From Macrostomum lignano (taxonomy: Eukaryota), in NCBI GenBank assembly GCA_002269645.1, contig NIVC01000591.1:124001-188000 (forward strand): 64,000 nt of DNA, written 5' to 3'. The notes beneath the pieces were generated by a model. The model did not search any database, was not told the origin of the DNA, and worked only from the letters and a program-made list of their open reading frames with translations. Of this stretch, positions 1 to 13,900 are shown in pieces. Within the stretch, counting starts at the first letter, position 1, and every line of letters begins with the position of its first letter. A program made the translations under genes and the position numbers.

Positions 1-287
1 GTTTATCAAGGGCAAAGTAAAGCTAAGAAGTTTTGTTGTGGCGTTAGCCGCAAAGCAAAATTACTCCCAATACTCAGGCAGTGACTCCAGACGCAGCAGG
101 GGTGGGTCGAAATCCTGGGATTGTAGGAAAGTTCCGTTTTAAATTAAACTGAATATCGTACTTAGCATCCTCACAGATATTTGTTAGATTTCACTTGCAC
201 TGTCTAGACTTGATATCACATTGCCAACATAATTCCACAACCTATATCTCCCAATGGGAGTTCAGCTCCCAATTCCCATACCCTTCG

Positions 288-532
288 CATTCCATGCATC
301 TCCCTGCATCCCCCTGCATCTCCTTGCATCCCATGCATCCCCATGCATCCCCCTGCATCTCCCTGCATCCCATGCTTCTCCGTGCATCTCCATGCATCCC
401 CCTGCATCTCCCTGCATCCCATGCTTCTCCTTGCATCTCCATGCATCCCCCTGCATCTCCCTGCATCCCATGCTTCTCCGTGCATCTCCTTGCATCTCCA
501 TGCATCTCCCTGCATTTCCCTACATCTTCTTC
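288..532. repeat. Minisatellite of the (GCATCTCCCT/GCATCCCAT) family
   Basis: Tandem 9-10 bp C-rich subunits; related to the arrays at 3660-4425, 4915-17090 and 30113-30708. Confidence 0.9.
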
Positions 533-730
533 AACTAATTCCCCCAAGAATCTCCCTGATCCCTCTTCGTCCACGCATCTTCATACATCCATGCCTATCC
601 CCATCCCTCTTTGAGTGAGAGATTCGAATACCTGTCTCTGAGAAGTCAAACCAATTCATGCCATTTTGCAGCCCTGACCCCCGATAACGTTGCTGACCCA
701 AAGGCTGCTTAAGCCAATTGTCACGCAAGC

Positions 731-1040
731 CCAGTTACTGAGGTCAAGTTTGACTTTCATCTCAGGTTGTGAAGCTGTCTGCTTAACAGCCTGAGTACCG
801 ATTGCTGCCCAGTAATTAGCAGTTAATTTCTGTAGCGCAGTCTTGGCAACCGGAGAACCGCAATGTTTAACTTTCTAACTACTGACAAATTGGAGTAGTA
901 TGCGATAACCGGCCACTGATTTGTTTATTTTTACACACACGTCCGAACTTCTGAAATATAATAATAGAACTAATTAGGCGACAATGCCTGAGGTGAACTG
1001 GTCTCGTATTCACTGCAGACTGAACCCGTTGTGAGGCCTT
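731..1040. repeat. Dispersed ~310-bp element X, copy 1 (unknown identity)
   Basis: Colinear, diverged direct homolog of 4506-4830, e.g. shared GTAGTATGCGATAACCGG, CTGATTTGTTTATTTTTACACACAC and GCAGTCTTGGCAACC. Confidence 0.85.
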
Positions 1041-1121
1041 CCGGTTAGCTTGTTGGTGTTGGTTACATGTGACTGCGGCTGGCTGCTTGTGGAGTTCAAT
1101 GGTTTACAGATTTGAAGGGCC

Positions 1122-1386
1122 TGGTGGGGAGATGCGTGAGATAGAGGGTGGGAGATGTGGGATAGAGGGTGGGAGATGTGGGATAGAGGGTGGGAGATGT
1201 GGGATAGAGGGTGGGAGATGTGGGATAGAGGGTGGGAAATGTGGGATCGAGGGTGGGAGATGTGGGATAGAGGGTAGGAGATGTGGGATCGAGGGGCGAG
1301 ATGTGGGATCGAGGGTGGGAGATGTGGGATCGAGGGTGGGAGATGTGGGATCGAGGGGCGAGATGTGGGATCGAGGGTTGGAGATC
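1122..1386. repeat. 21-bp minisatellite (GAGGGTGGGAGATGTGGGATA)
   Basis: About 12 tandem copies; source of the spurious GIEGGRC ORF. Confidence 0.92.
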
Positions 1387-1862
1387 TGAGTTAGAGGGTG
1401 TAAAATTATTATAGAATACAACACAGTACAATTTAATACAAGTCGTATAAGAAACGTTTTAATGTATTTTAATGCGGTTATCAGAATTAAACCAAATGTA
1501 AAATGTAAAAACATTGCTCACTTTTAACCACCAATCTGCGAGATCGACTCTCTGTACCTTTCCCTCCTGTTAATTCCCTTCTGCAAGCAGCAACTGCTGC
1601 TAATTCCCTCAGACCCCAACTGCTATTCCATCCGGTACAGAGTTGGCACCATTCAGCGGGGGTCCGGGGGTCACCCGGCCGTCGCGCCGACCCCCGCAGC
1701 GCTCGCAGCCGCCGCAGCCGCGCCCGCCTCGTGCCGCTGCCGCCCCCCGCTGTGCCGCAGAGTCCCAGGCTGAAAACCCGAGCGTCACTGCAGCTGGGGG
1801 ATTTGCGGCTCTCCGCAGCTCAACTGTCTATGGCCGGCCTCCCGCTGCGGCTGGGGACTCTC

Positions 1863-1951
1863 ATTGGCTCTGAGCTGCCAGCCAATAGGAGCGAAGCTGC
1901 CCCCACTCAGCCTGAGGCGGCTGGGTTGGCGACCTGGGAGACACCATAAAA
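1863..1951 (+). promoter_or_regulatory. Possible core promoter of CCCH copy A: inverted and direct CCAAT boxes plus CATAAAA in a GC-rich region
   Basis: ATTGG at 1863-1867, CCAAT at 1882-1886 and CATAAAA at 1945-1951; all are conserved in copy B. Motif match only. Confidence 0.3.
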
Positions 1952-2079
1952 CTGTGGCTCACCAGAAATGTTGGTTCTTCATTGTTGCTGAGCACTGAGT
2001 CCGCCGGTCCGGGCTTCTGATAAAGACTCTCAACTCTTCACCTGCCGTGTGCTTGATTTACCAATTTTTCACTCTGGAA

Positions 2080-3237
<1,158 letters not shown>

Positions 3238-3381
3238 ATAATCGCTAAATGCCCTATGCGCTTCGATTGCTACTCACAACAGTAGTGTTTTCATATCAGC
3301 TGACTGATCTTCAATGAGTTTTGTAAATATGCTTTCATACCCGCTTCGGCGATTTTCTTACCGTAGTATTTTTTTGAGGTT

Positions 3382-3390
3382 TTATTTATT
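3382..3390 (+). promoter_or_regulatory. AU-rich element nonamer (UUAUUUAUU) in the putative 3' UTR of CCCH copy A
   Basis: TTATTTATT 145 nt after the stop and upstream of AATAAA at about 3536. Copy B has TTATTTAAT at 17363-17371 (-). Confidence 0.5.
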
Positions 3391-3659
3391 AATATACATT
3401 GCTGTCAAGTCAACGCCTTTCTGCTCCTAATATCCAGCTGTTTAATAATATTTCTATTTGCTTTGTTGTATTATGGTAAAACGAGTATTAGCTGTATCTG
3501 CACCTACGCTGTTCTGTGTGTCATGTCACATTATTAATAAAAGATTTTATTTCTGATCCAATATGAAGTGCTTGAATGAATTTCAATCGTTTCCTTACCG
3601 CGCAAATCAGCTCGTAATGACCAAGATTTAATTTGATCGCTTAAAGAGAACTGTGCATT

Positions 3660-4425
3660 TTACTGCACCTCCCTGCATCTCCCTGCACCTCCCTACATCT
3701 CCCTGCCCCTCCCTGCACCTCCCTACATCCTATGCATCCCCCTGCACCTCCCTACATCCTATTCGTCCCCCTGCACCTCCCTACATATCCCTGCCCCTCC
3801 CTGCACCTCCCTACATCCTATGCATCCCCCTGCACCTCCCTACATCCTATTCGTCCCCCTGCACCTCCCTGCATATCCCTGCCCCTCCCTGCACCTCCCT
3901 ACATCCTATGCATCCCCCTGCACCTCCCTACATCCTATTCGTCCCCCTGCACCTCCCTACATCTCCCTGCCCCTCCCTGCACCTCCCTACATCCTATGCA
4001 TCCCCCTGCACCTCCCTACATCCTATTCGTCCCCCTGCACCTCCCTGCATCTCCCTGCACCTCCCTACATCTCCCTGCACCTCCCTGCACCTCCCTACAT
4101 CCTATTCGTACGCCCGCACCTCCCTGCATCTCCCTGCACCTCCCTACATCTCCCTGCACCTCCCTGCACCTCCCTACATCCTATGCATTCCCCTGCACCT
4201 CCCTACATCCTCTGCACCCCCCTGCATCTCCCTGCACCTCCCTACATCCTATGCATCCCCCTGCATCTCCCTGCATCCCAAGCATCTCCCTGCATCCCAA
4301 GCATCTCCCTGCATCCCAAGCATCTCCCTGCATCCCATGCATCTTCCTGCATCCCAAGCATCTCCCTGCATCCCATGCATCTTCCTGCATCCCAAGCATC
4401 TCCCTGCATCCCAAACATCTCCCTG
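3660..4425. repeat. C-rich satellite, the inverted counterpart of the 12-kb array
   Basis: Units such as CTCCCTACATCCTATGCATCCCCCTGCAC are the reverse complement of the 4915-17090 units. Confidence 0.95.
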
Positions 4426-4505
4426 AATCTCATTTCACTTCAACTCCAAAAGCTACCGAAATGCTGAGGGATAGCATTTCGAAGACATTTTTCTAACTTT
4501 CTCAA

Positions 4506-4830
4506 CATTACTGAGCTCAAGTAATTTGACTTTCAGATCCCAGGTTGTGAAACTGTTTGCTTAAAAGCTTTAATAAACAATTTGTATGCCCAGTAATTAC
4601 CAGTTAATTTCTGTAAGGCAGTCTTGGCAACCACAGAATCGCATTGTTTAGCTCCAACTACTGATATAAGTAGTATGCGATAACCGGCTTCTGATTTGTT
4701 TATTTTTACACACACATGTCCGAACTTGTGAAATATGACAATAGAACTAATTATGAGCCAATGTATGACGTGCACATTCTCTCGTGTTCATTGCAGCTTC
4801 AATACTGACCGCTGTCAGACCCTCCTGTTT
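4506..4830. repeat. Dispersed ~310-bp element X, copy 2, in the spacer of the inverted repeat
   Basis: Homologous to 731-1040 in the same orientation. Confidence 0.85.
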
Positions 4831-4914
4831 CTTGGTGATTACGGTTTTATACCAGTGAAGTAGGGCACATGACCTGATGGGGAGGTCTGGGGCAGAGGGT
4901 GAGAGATGCGTCAC

Positions 4915-7900
4915 ATGCAGGGGGATGCATAGGATATAGGGAGATTCAGGGAGATGCAGGGGGATGCAGAGGATGTAGGGAGGTGCAGGGGGATGCATAG
5001 GATGTAGGGAGGTGCAGGGAGATGCAGAGGATGTAGGAGGTGCAGGGGGATGCATAGGATGTAGGGAGATGCAGAGGGATGCAGAGGATGTAGGGAGGTG
5101 CAGGGAGATGCAGAGGGATGCATAGGATGTAGGGAGATGCAGGGGGATGCATAGGATGTAGGGAGGTGCAGGGAGATGCAGGGGGATGCATAGGATGTAG
5201 GGAGATGCAGGGGGATGCATAGGATGTAGGGAGATGCAGAAGGATGCATAGGATGTAGGGAGATGCAGAGGGACGAATAGGATGTAGGGAGATGCAGGGG
5301 GATGCATAGGATGTAGGGAGATGCAGGGGGATGCATAGGATGTAGGGAGATGCAGAGGGATGCATAGGATGTAGGGAGATGCAAGAGGGATGCATAGGAT
5401 GTAGGGAGATGCAGAGGGATGCAGAGGATGTAGGGAGGTGCAGGGGGATGCATAGGATGTAGGGAGATGCAGGGGGATGCATAGGATGTAGGGAGATGCA
5501 GAGGGACGAATAGGATGTAGGGAGATGCAGGGGGATGCATAGGATGTAGGGAGGTGCAGGGAGGGGCAGGGAGATGTAGGGAGGGGCAGGGAGATGTAGG
5601 GAGGTGCAGGGAGATGCAGGGGGATGCATAGGATGTAGGGAGATGCAGGGGATGCATAGGATGTAGGGAGGTGCAGGGAGATGCAGGGGGATGCAGAGGA
5701 TGTAGGGAGATGCAGGGGGATGCATAGGATGTAGGGAGATGCAGAGGGACGAATAGGATGTAGGGAGATGCAGGGGGATGCATAGGATGTAGGGAGGTGC
5801 AGGGAGGGGCAGGGAGATGTAGGGAGGTGCAGGGAGATGCAGGGGGATGCAGAGGATGTAGGGAGATGCAGGCGGATGCATAGGATGTAGGGAGATGCAG
5901 AGGGACGAATAGGATGTAGGGAGGTGCAGGGAGATGCAGGGGGATGCATAGGATGTAGGGAGGTGCAGGGAGGGGCAGGGAGATGTAGGGAGGGGCAGGG
6001 AGATGTAGGGAGGTGCAGGGAGATGCAGGGGGATGCATAGGATGTAGGGAGATGCAGGGGGATGCATAGGATGTAGGGAGGTGCAGGGAGATGCAGGGGG
6101 ATGCAGAGGATGTAGGGAGATGCAGGGGGATGCATAGGATGTAGGGAGATGCAGAGGGACGAATAGGATGTAGGGAGATGCAGGGGGATGCATAGGATGT
6201 AGGGAGGTGCAGGGAGGGGCAGGGAGATGTAGGGAGGTGCAGGGAGATGCAGGGGGATGCAGAGGATGTAGGGAGATGCAGGGGATGCATAGGATGTAGG
6301 GAGATGCAGAGGGACGAATAGGATGTAGGGAGATGCAGGGGGATGCATAGGATGTAGGGAGGTGCAGGGAGGGGCAGGGAGATGTAGGGAGGGGCAGGGA
6401 GATGTAGGGAGGTGCAGGGAGATGCAGGGGGATGCATAGGATGTAAGGAGATGCAGGGGGATGCATAGGATGTAGGGAGGTGCAGGGAGATGCAGGGGGA
6501 TGCAGAGGATGTAGGGAGATGCAGGGGGATGCATAGGATGTAGGGAGATGCAGAGGGACGAATAGGATGTAGGGAGATGCAGGGGGATGCAGAGGATGTG
6601 GGGAGATGCAGGCGGATGCATAGGATGTAGGGAGATGCAGAGGGACGAATAGGATGTAGGGAGATGCAGGGGGCATAGGATGTAGGGAGGTGCAGGGAGG
6701 GGCAGGGAGATGTAGGGAGGGGCAGGGAGATGTAGGGAGGTGCAGGGAGATGCAGGGGGATGCATAGGATGTAAGGAGATGCAGGGGGATGCATAGGATG
6801 TAGGGAGGTGCAGGGAGATGCAGGGGGATGCAGAGGATGTAGGGAGATGCAGGGGGATGCATAGGATGTAGGGAGATGCAGAGGGACGAATAGGATGTAG
6901 GGAGATGCAGGGGGATGCATAGGATGTAGGGAGATGCAGGGGGATGCATAGGATGTAGGGAGGTGCAAGGAGATGCAGGGGGATGCATAGGATGTAGGGA
7001 GATGCAGGGGGATGCATAGGATGTAGGGAGATGCAGGGGGATGCATAGGATGTAGGGAGATGCAGAGAGACGAATAGGATGTAGGGAGATGCAGGGCGAT
7101 GCATAGGATGTAGGGAGATGCAGGGGGATGCATAGGATGTAGGGAGATGCAGAGGGATGCAGAGGATGTAGGGAGGTGCAGGAGGATGCATAGGATGTAG
7201 GGAGATGCAGAGGGATGCAGAGGATGTAGGGAGGTGCAGGGAGATGCAGAGGGATGCATAGGATGTAGGGAGATGCAGGGCGATGCATAGGATGTAGGGA
7301 GATGCAGGGGGATGCATAGGATGTAGGGAGATGCAGGGGGATGCAAAGGATGTAGGGAGATGCAGAAGGATGCATAAGATGTAGGGAGATGCAGGCGGAT
7401 GCATAGGATGTAGGGAGGTGCAGGGAGATGCAGAGGGATGCATAGGTTGTAGGGAGATGCAGGGGGATGCATAGGATGTAGGGAGATGCAGGGCGATGCA
7501 TAGGATGTAGGGAGATGCAGGGGGATGCATAGGATGTAGGGAGATGCAGGGGGATGCATAGGATGTAGGGAGATGCAGAAGGATGCATAGGATGTAGGGA
7601 GGTGCAGAAGGATGCATAGGATGTAGGGAGATGCAGGGGGATGCATAGGATGTAGGGAGATGCAGGGGGATGCATAGGATGTAGGGAGATGCAGAGGGAT
7701 GCATAGGATGTAGGGAGATGCAGACGGATGCATAGGATGTAGGGAGATGCAGAGGGACGAATAGGATGTAGGGAGATGCAGGGGGATGCATAGGATGTAG
7801 GGAGGTGCAGGGAGGGGCAGGGAGATGTAGGGAGGTGCAGGGAGATGCAGGGGGATGCAGAGGATGTAGGGAGATGCAGGGGGATGCATAGGATGAAGGG

Positions 7901-10900
7901 AGATGCAGAGGGACGAATAGGATGTAGGGAGATGCAGGGGGATGCATAGGGTGTAGGGAGGTGCAGGGAGGGGCAGGGAGATGTAGGGAGGGGCAGGGAG
8001 ATGTAGGGAGTGCAGGGAGATGCAGGGGATGCATAGGATGTAGGAGATGCAGGGGGATGCATAGGATGTAGGGAGGTGCAGGGAGATGCAGGGGGATGCA
8101 GAGGATGTAGGGAGATGCAGGGGGATGCATAGGATGTAGGGAGATGCAGAGGGACGAATAGGATGTAGGGAGATGCATGGGGATGCAGAGGATGTAGGGA
8201 GATGCAGGCGGATGCATAGGATGTAGGGAGATGCAGAGGGACGAATAGGATGTAGGGAGATGCAGGGGGATGCATAGGATGTAGGGAGGTGCAGGGAGGG
8301 GCAGGGAGATGTAGGGAGGGGCAGGGAGATGTAGGGAGGTGCAGGGAGATGCAGGGGGATGCATAGGATGTAAGGAGATGCAGGGGGATGCATAGGATGT
8401 AGGGAGGTGCAGGGAGATGCAGGGGGATGCAGAGGATGTAGGGAGATGCAGGGGGATGCATAGGATGTAGGGAGATGCAGAGGGACGAATAGGATGTAGG
8501 GAGATGCAGGGGGATGCATAGGATGTAGGGAGATGCAGAGGGACGAATAGGATGTAGGGAGATGCAGGGGGATGCATAGGATGTAGGGAGGTGCAGGGAG
8601 ATGCAGGGGGATGCATAGGATGTAGGGAGATGCAAGGGGATGCATAGGATGTACGGAGATGCAGAGGGATGCATAGGATGTAGGAAGATGCAGGGGGATG
8701 CATAGGATGTAGGGAGATGCAGGGGGATGCAGAGGATGTAGGGAGGTGCAGGAGGATGCATAGGATGTAGGGAGATGCAGAGGGATGCAGAGGATGTAGG
8801 GAGGTGCAGGGAGATGCAGAGGGATGCATAGGATGTAGGGAGATGCAGGGCGATGCATAGGATGTAGGGAGATGCAGGGGGATGCATAGGATGTAGGGAG
8901 ATGCAGGGGGATGCAAAGGATGTAGGGAGATGCAGAAGGATGCATAAGATGTAGGGAGATGCAGGGGGATGCATAGGATGTAGGGAGGTGCAGGGAGATG
9001 CAGAGGGATGCATAGGATGTAGGGAGATGCAGGGGGATGCATAGGATGTAGGGAGATGCAGGGCGATGCATAGGATGTAGAGAGATGCAGGGGGATGCAT
9101 AGGATGTAGGGAGATGCAGGGGGATGCAGAGGATGTAGGGAGATGCAGAAGGATGCATAGGATGTAGGGAGGTGCAGAAGGATGCATAGGATGTAGGGAG
9201 ATGCAGGGGGATGCATAGGATGTAGGGAGATGCAGGGGGATGCATAGGATGTAGGGAGATGCAGGGGGATGCATAGGATGTAGGGAGGTGCAGGGAGATG
9301 CAGGGGGATGCATAGGATGTAGGGAGATGCAGGGGGATGCATAGGATGTAGGGAGGTGCAGGGAGATGCAGGGGGATGCAGAGGATGTAGGGAGATGCAG
9401 GGGATGCATAGGATGTAGGGAGATGCAGAGGGACGAATAGGATGTAGGGAGATGCAGGGGATGCATAGGATGTAGGGCGGTGCAGAGGACGAATAGGATG
9501 TAGGGAGATGCAGGGGGATGCATAGGATGTAGGGAGGTGCAGGAGGGCAGGGAGATGTAGGGAGGTGCAGGGAGATGCAGGGGATGCAGAGGATGTAGGG
9601 AGATGCAGGGGGATGCATAGGATGTAGGGAGATGCAGAGGACGAATAGGATGTAGGGAGATGCAGGGGGATGCATAGGATTTAGGGAGGTGCAGGGAGGG
9701 GCAGGGAGATGTAGGGAGGGGCAGGGAGATGTAGGGAGGTGCAGGGAGATGCAGGGGGATGCAGAGGATGTAGGGAGATGCAGGGGGATGCATAGGATGT
9801 AGGGAGATGCAGAGGGACGAATAGGATGTAGGGAGATGCATGGGGATGCAGAGGATGTAGGGAGATGCAGGCGGATGCATAGGATGTAGGGAGATGCAGA
9901 GGGACGAATAGGATGTAGGGAGATGCAGGGGATGCATAGGATGTAGGGAGGTGCAGGGAGGGGCAGGGAGATGTAGGGAGGGGCAGGGAGATGTAGGGAG
10001 GTGCAGGGAGATGCAGGGGGATGCATAGGATGTAAGGAGATGCAGGGGGATGCATAGGATGTAGGGAGGTGCAGGGAGATGCAGGGGGATGCAGAGGATG
10101 TAGGGAGATGCAGGGGATGCATAGGATGTAGGGAGATGCAGAGGACGAATAGGATGTAGGGAGATGCAGGGGATGCATAGGATGTAGGGAGATGCAGAGG
10201 ACGAATAGGATGTAGGGAGATGCAGGGGGATGCATAGGATGTAGGGAGGTGCAGGGAGATGCAGGGGGATGCATAGGATGTAGGAGATGCAGGGGGATGC
10301 ATAGGATGTAGGAGATGCAGGGGATGCATAGGATGTAGGAAGATGCAGGGGATGCATAGGATGTAGGGAGATGCAGGGGATGCAGAGGATGTAGGGAGGT
10401 GCAGGAGGATGCATAGGATGTAGGGAGATGCAGAGGGATGCAGAGGATGTAGGTGCAGGGAGATGCAGGGATGCATAGGATGTAGGGAGATGCAGGGCGA
10501 TGCATAGGATGTAGGGAGATGCAGGGGGATGCATAGGATGTAGGGAGATGCAGGGGGATGCAAAGGATGTAGGGAGATGCAGAAGGATGCATAAGATGTA
10601 GGGAGATGCAGGGGGATGCATAGGATGTAGGGAGGTGCAGGGAGATGCAGAGGGATGCATAGGATGTAGGGAGATGCAGGGGGATGCATAGGATGTAGGG
10701 AGATGCAGGGCGATGCATAGGATGTAGGAGAGATGCAGGGGGATGCATAGGATGTAGGGAGATGCAGGGATGCAGAGGATGTAGGGAGATGCAGAAGGAT
10801 GCATAGGATGTAGGGAGGTGCAGGGATGCATAGGATGTAGGGAGATGCAGGGGATGCATAGGATGTAGGGAGATGCAGGGGATGCATAGGATGTAGGGAG

Positions 10901-13900
10901 ATGCAGGGGGATGCATAGGATGTAGGGAGGTGCAGGGAGATGCAGGGGGATGCATAGGATGTAGGGAGATGCAGGGGGATGCATAGGATGTAGGGAGGTG
11001 CAGGGAGATGCAGGGGATGCAGAGGATGTAGGGAGATGCAGGGGGATGCATAGGATGTAGGGAGATGCAGAGGGACGAATAGGATGTAGGGAGATGCAGG
11101 GGGATGCATAGGATGTAGGGAGGTGCAGAGGGACGAATAGGATGTAGGGAGATGCAGGGGGATGCATAGGATGTAGGGAGGTGCAGGGAGGGCAGGAGAT
11201 GTAGGAGGTGCAGGGAGATGCAGGGGGATGCAGAGGATGTAGGGAGATGCAGGGGGATGCATAGGATGAAGGGAGATGCAGAGGGACGAATAGGATGTAG
11301 GGAGATGCAGGGGGATGCATAGGATTTAGGGAGGTGCAGGGAGGGGCAGGGAGATGTAGGGAGGGGCAGGGAGATGTAGGGAGGTGCAGGGAGATGCAGG
11401 GGGATGCATAGGATGTAGGGAAATGCAGGGGGATGCATAGGATGTAGGGAGGTGCAGGGAGATGCAGGGGGATGCAGAGGATGTAGGGAGATGCAGGGGG
11501 ATGCATAGGATGTAGGGAGATGCAGAGGGACGAATAGGATGTAGGGAGATGCAGGGGGATGCATAGGATGTAGGGAGGTGCAGGGAGGGGCAGGGAGATG
11601 TAGGGAGGGGCAGGGAGATGTAGGGAGGTGCAGGGAGATGCAGGGAGATGCATAGCATGTAGGAAGATGCAGGGGGATGCATAGGATGTAGGGAGGTGCA
11701 GGGAGATGCAGGGGATGCAGAGGATGTAGGGAGATGCAGGGGATGCATAGGATGTAGGGAGATGCAGAGGGACGAATAGGATGTAGGGAGATGCAGGGGG
11801 ATGCATAGGATGTAGGGAGGTGCAGGGAGGGGCAGGGAGATGTAGGGAGGTGCAGGGAGATGCAGGGGGATGCAGAGGATGTAGGGAGATGCAGGGGGAT
11901 GCATAGGATGTAGGAGATGCAGAGGGACGAATAGGATGTAGGGAGATGCAGGGGGATGCATAGGATGTAGGGAGGTGCAGGGAGGGGCAGGGAGATGTAG
12001 GGAGGGGCAGGGAGATGTAGGGAGGTGCAGGGAGATGCAGGGGGATGCATAGGATGTAAGGAGATGCAGGGGGATGCATAGGATGTAGGGAGGTGCAGGG
12101 AGATGCAGGGGGATGCAGAGGATGTAGGGAGATGCAGGGGGATGCATAGGATGTAGGGAGATGCAGAGGGACGAATAGGATGCAGGGAGATGCAGGGGGA
12201 TGCAGAGGATGTAGGGAGATGCAGGGGGATGCATAGGATGTAGGGAGATGCAGAGGGACGAATAGGATGTAGGGAGATGCAGGGGGATGCATAGGATGTA
12301 GGGAGATGCAGAGGGACGAATAGGATGTAGGGAGATGCAGGGGGATGCATAGGATTTAGGGAGGTGCAGGGAGGGGCAGGGAGATGTAGGGAGGTGCAGG
12401 GAGATGCAGGCGGATGCAGAGGATGTAGGGAGATGCAGGGGGATGCATAGGATGTAGGGAGATGCAGAGGGACGAATAGGATGTAGGGAGATGCAGGGGG
12501 ATGCATAGGATGTAGGGAGGTGCAGAGGGACGAATAGGATGTAGGGAGATGCAGGGGGATGCATAGGATGTAGGGAGGTGCAGGGAGGGGCAGGGAGATG
12601 TAGGGAGGTGCAGGGAGATGCAGGGGGATGCAGAGGATGTAGGGAGATGCAGGGGGATGCATAGGATGAAGGGAGATGCAGAGGGACGAATAGGATGTAG
12701 GGAGATGCAGGGGGATGCATAGGATTTAGGGAGGTGCAGGGAGGGGCAGGGAGATGTAGGGAGGGGCAGGGAGATGTAGGGAGGTGCAGGGAGATGCAGG
12801 GGGATGCATAGGATGTAGGGAAATGCAGGGGGATGCATAGGATGTAGGGAGGTGCAGGGAGATGCAGGGGGATGCAGAGGATGTAGGGAGATGCAGGGGG
12901 ATGCATAGGATGTAGGGAGATGCAGAGGGACGAATAGGATGTAGGGAGATGCAGGGGGATGCATAGGATGTAGGGAGGTGCAGGAGGGGCAGGGAGATGT
13001 AGGGAGGGGCAGGGAGATGTAGGGAGGTGCAGGGAGATGCAGGGAGATGCATAGCATGTAGGAAGATGCAGGGGGATGCATAGGATGTAGGGAGGTGCAG
13101 GGAGATGCAGGGGGATGCAGAGGATGTAGGGAGATGCAGGGGGATGCATAGGATGTAGGGAGATGCAGAGGGACGAATAGGATGTAGGGAGATGCAGGGG
13201 GATGCATAGGATGTAGGGAGGTGCAGGGAGGGGCAGGGAGATGTAGGGAGGTGCAGGGAGATGCAGGGGGATGCAGAGGATGTAGGGAGATGCAGGGGGA
13301 TGCATAGGATGTAGGGAGATGCAGAGGGACGAATAGGATGTAGGGAGATGCAGGGGGATGCATAGGATGTAGGGAGGTGCAGGGAGGGGCAGGGAGATGT
13401 AGGGAGGGGCAGGGAGATGTAGGGAGGTGCAGGGAGATGCAGGGGGATGCATAGGATGTAAGGAGATGCAGGGGATGCATAGGATGTAGGGAGGTGCAGG
13501 GAGATGCAGGGGGATGCAGAGGATGTAGGGAGATGCAGGGGGATGCATAGGATGTAGGGAGATGCAGAGGGACGAATAGGATGCAGGGAGATGCAGGGGG
13601 ATGCAGAGGATGTAGGGAGATGCAGGGGGATGCATAGGATGTAGGGAGATGCAGAGGGACGAATAGGATGTAGGGAGATGCAGGGGGATGCATAGGATGT
13701 AGGGAGATGCAGAGGGACGAATAGGATGTAGGGAGATGCAGGGGGATGCATAGGATTTAGGGAGGTGCAGGGAGGGGCAGGGAGATGTAGGGAGGTGCAG
13801 GGAGATGCAGGCGGATGCAGAGGATGTAGGGAGATGCAGGGGGATGCATAGGATGTAGGGAGATGCAGAGGGACGAATAGGATGTAGGGAGATGCAGGGG

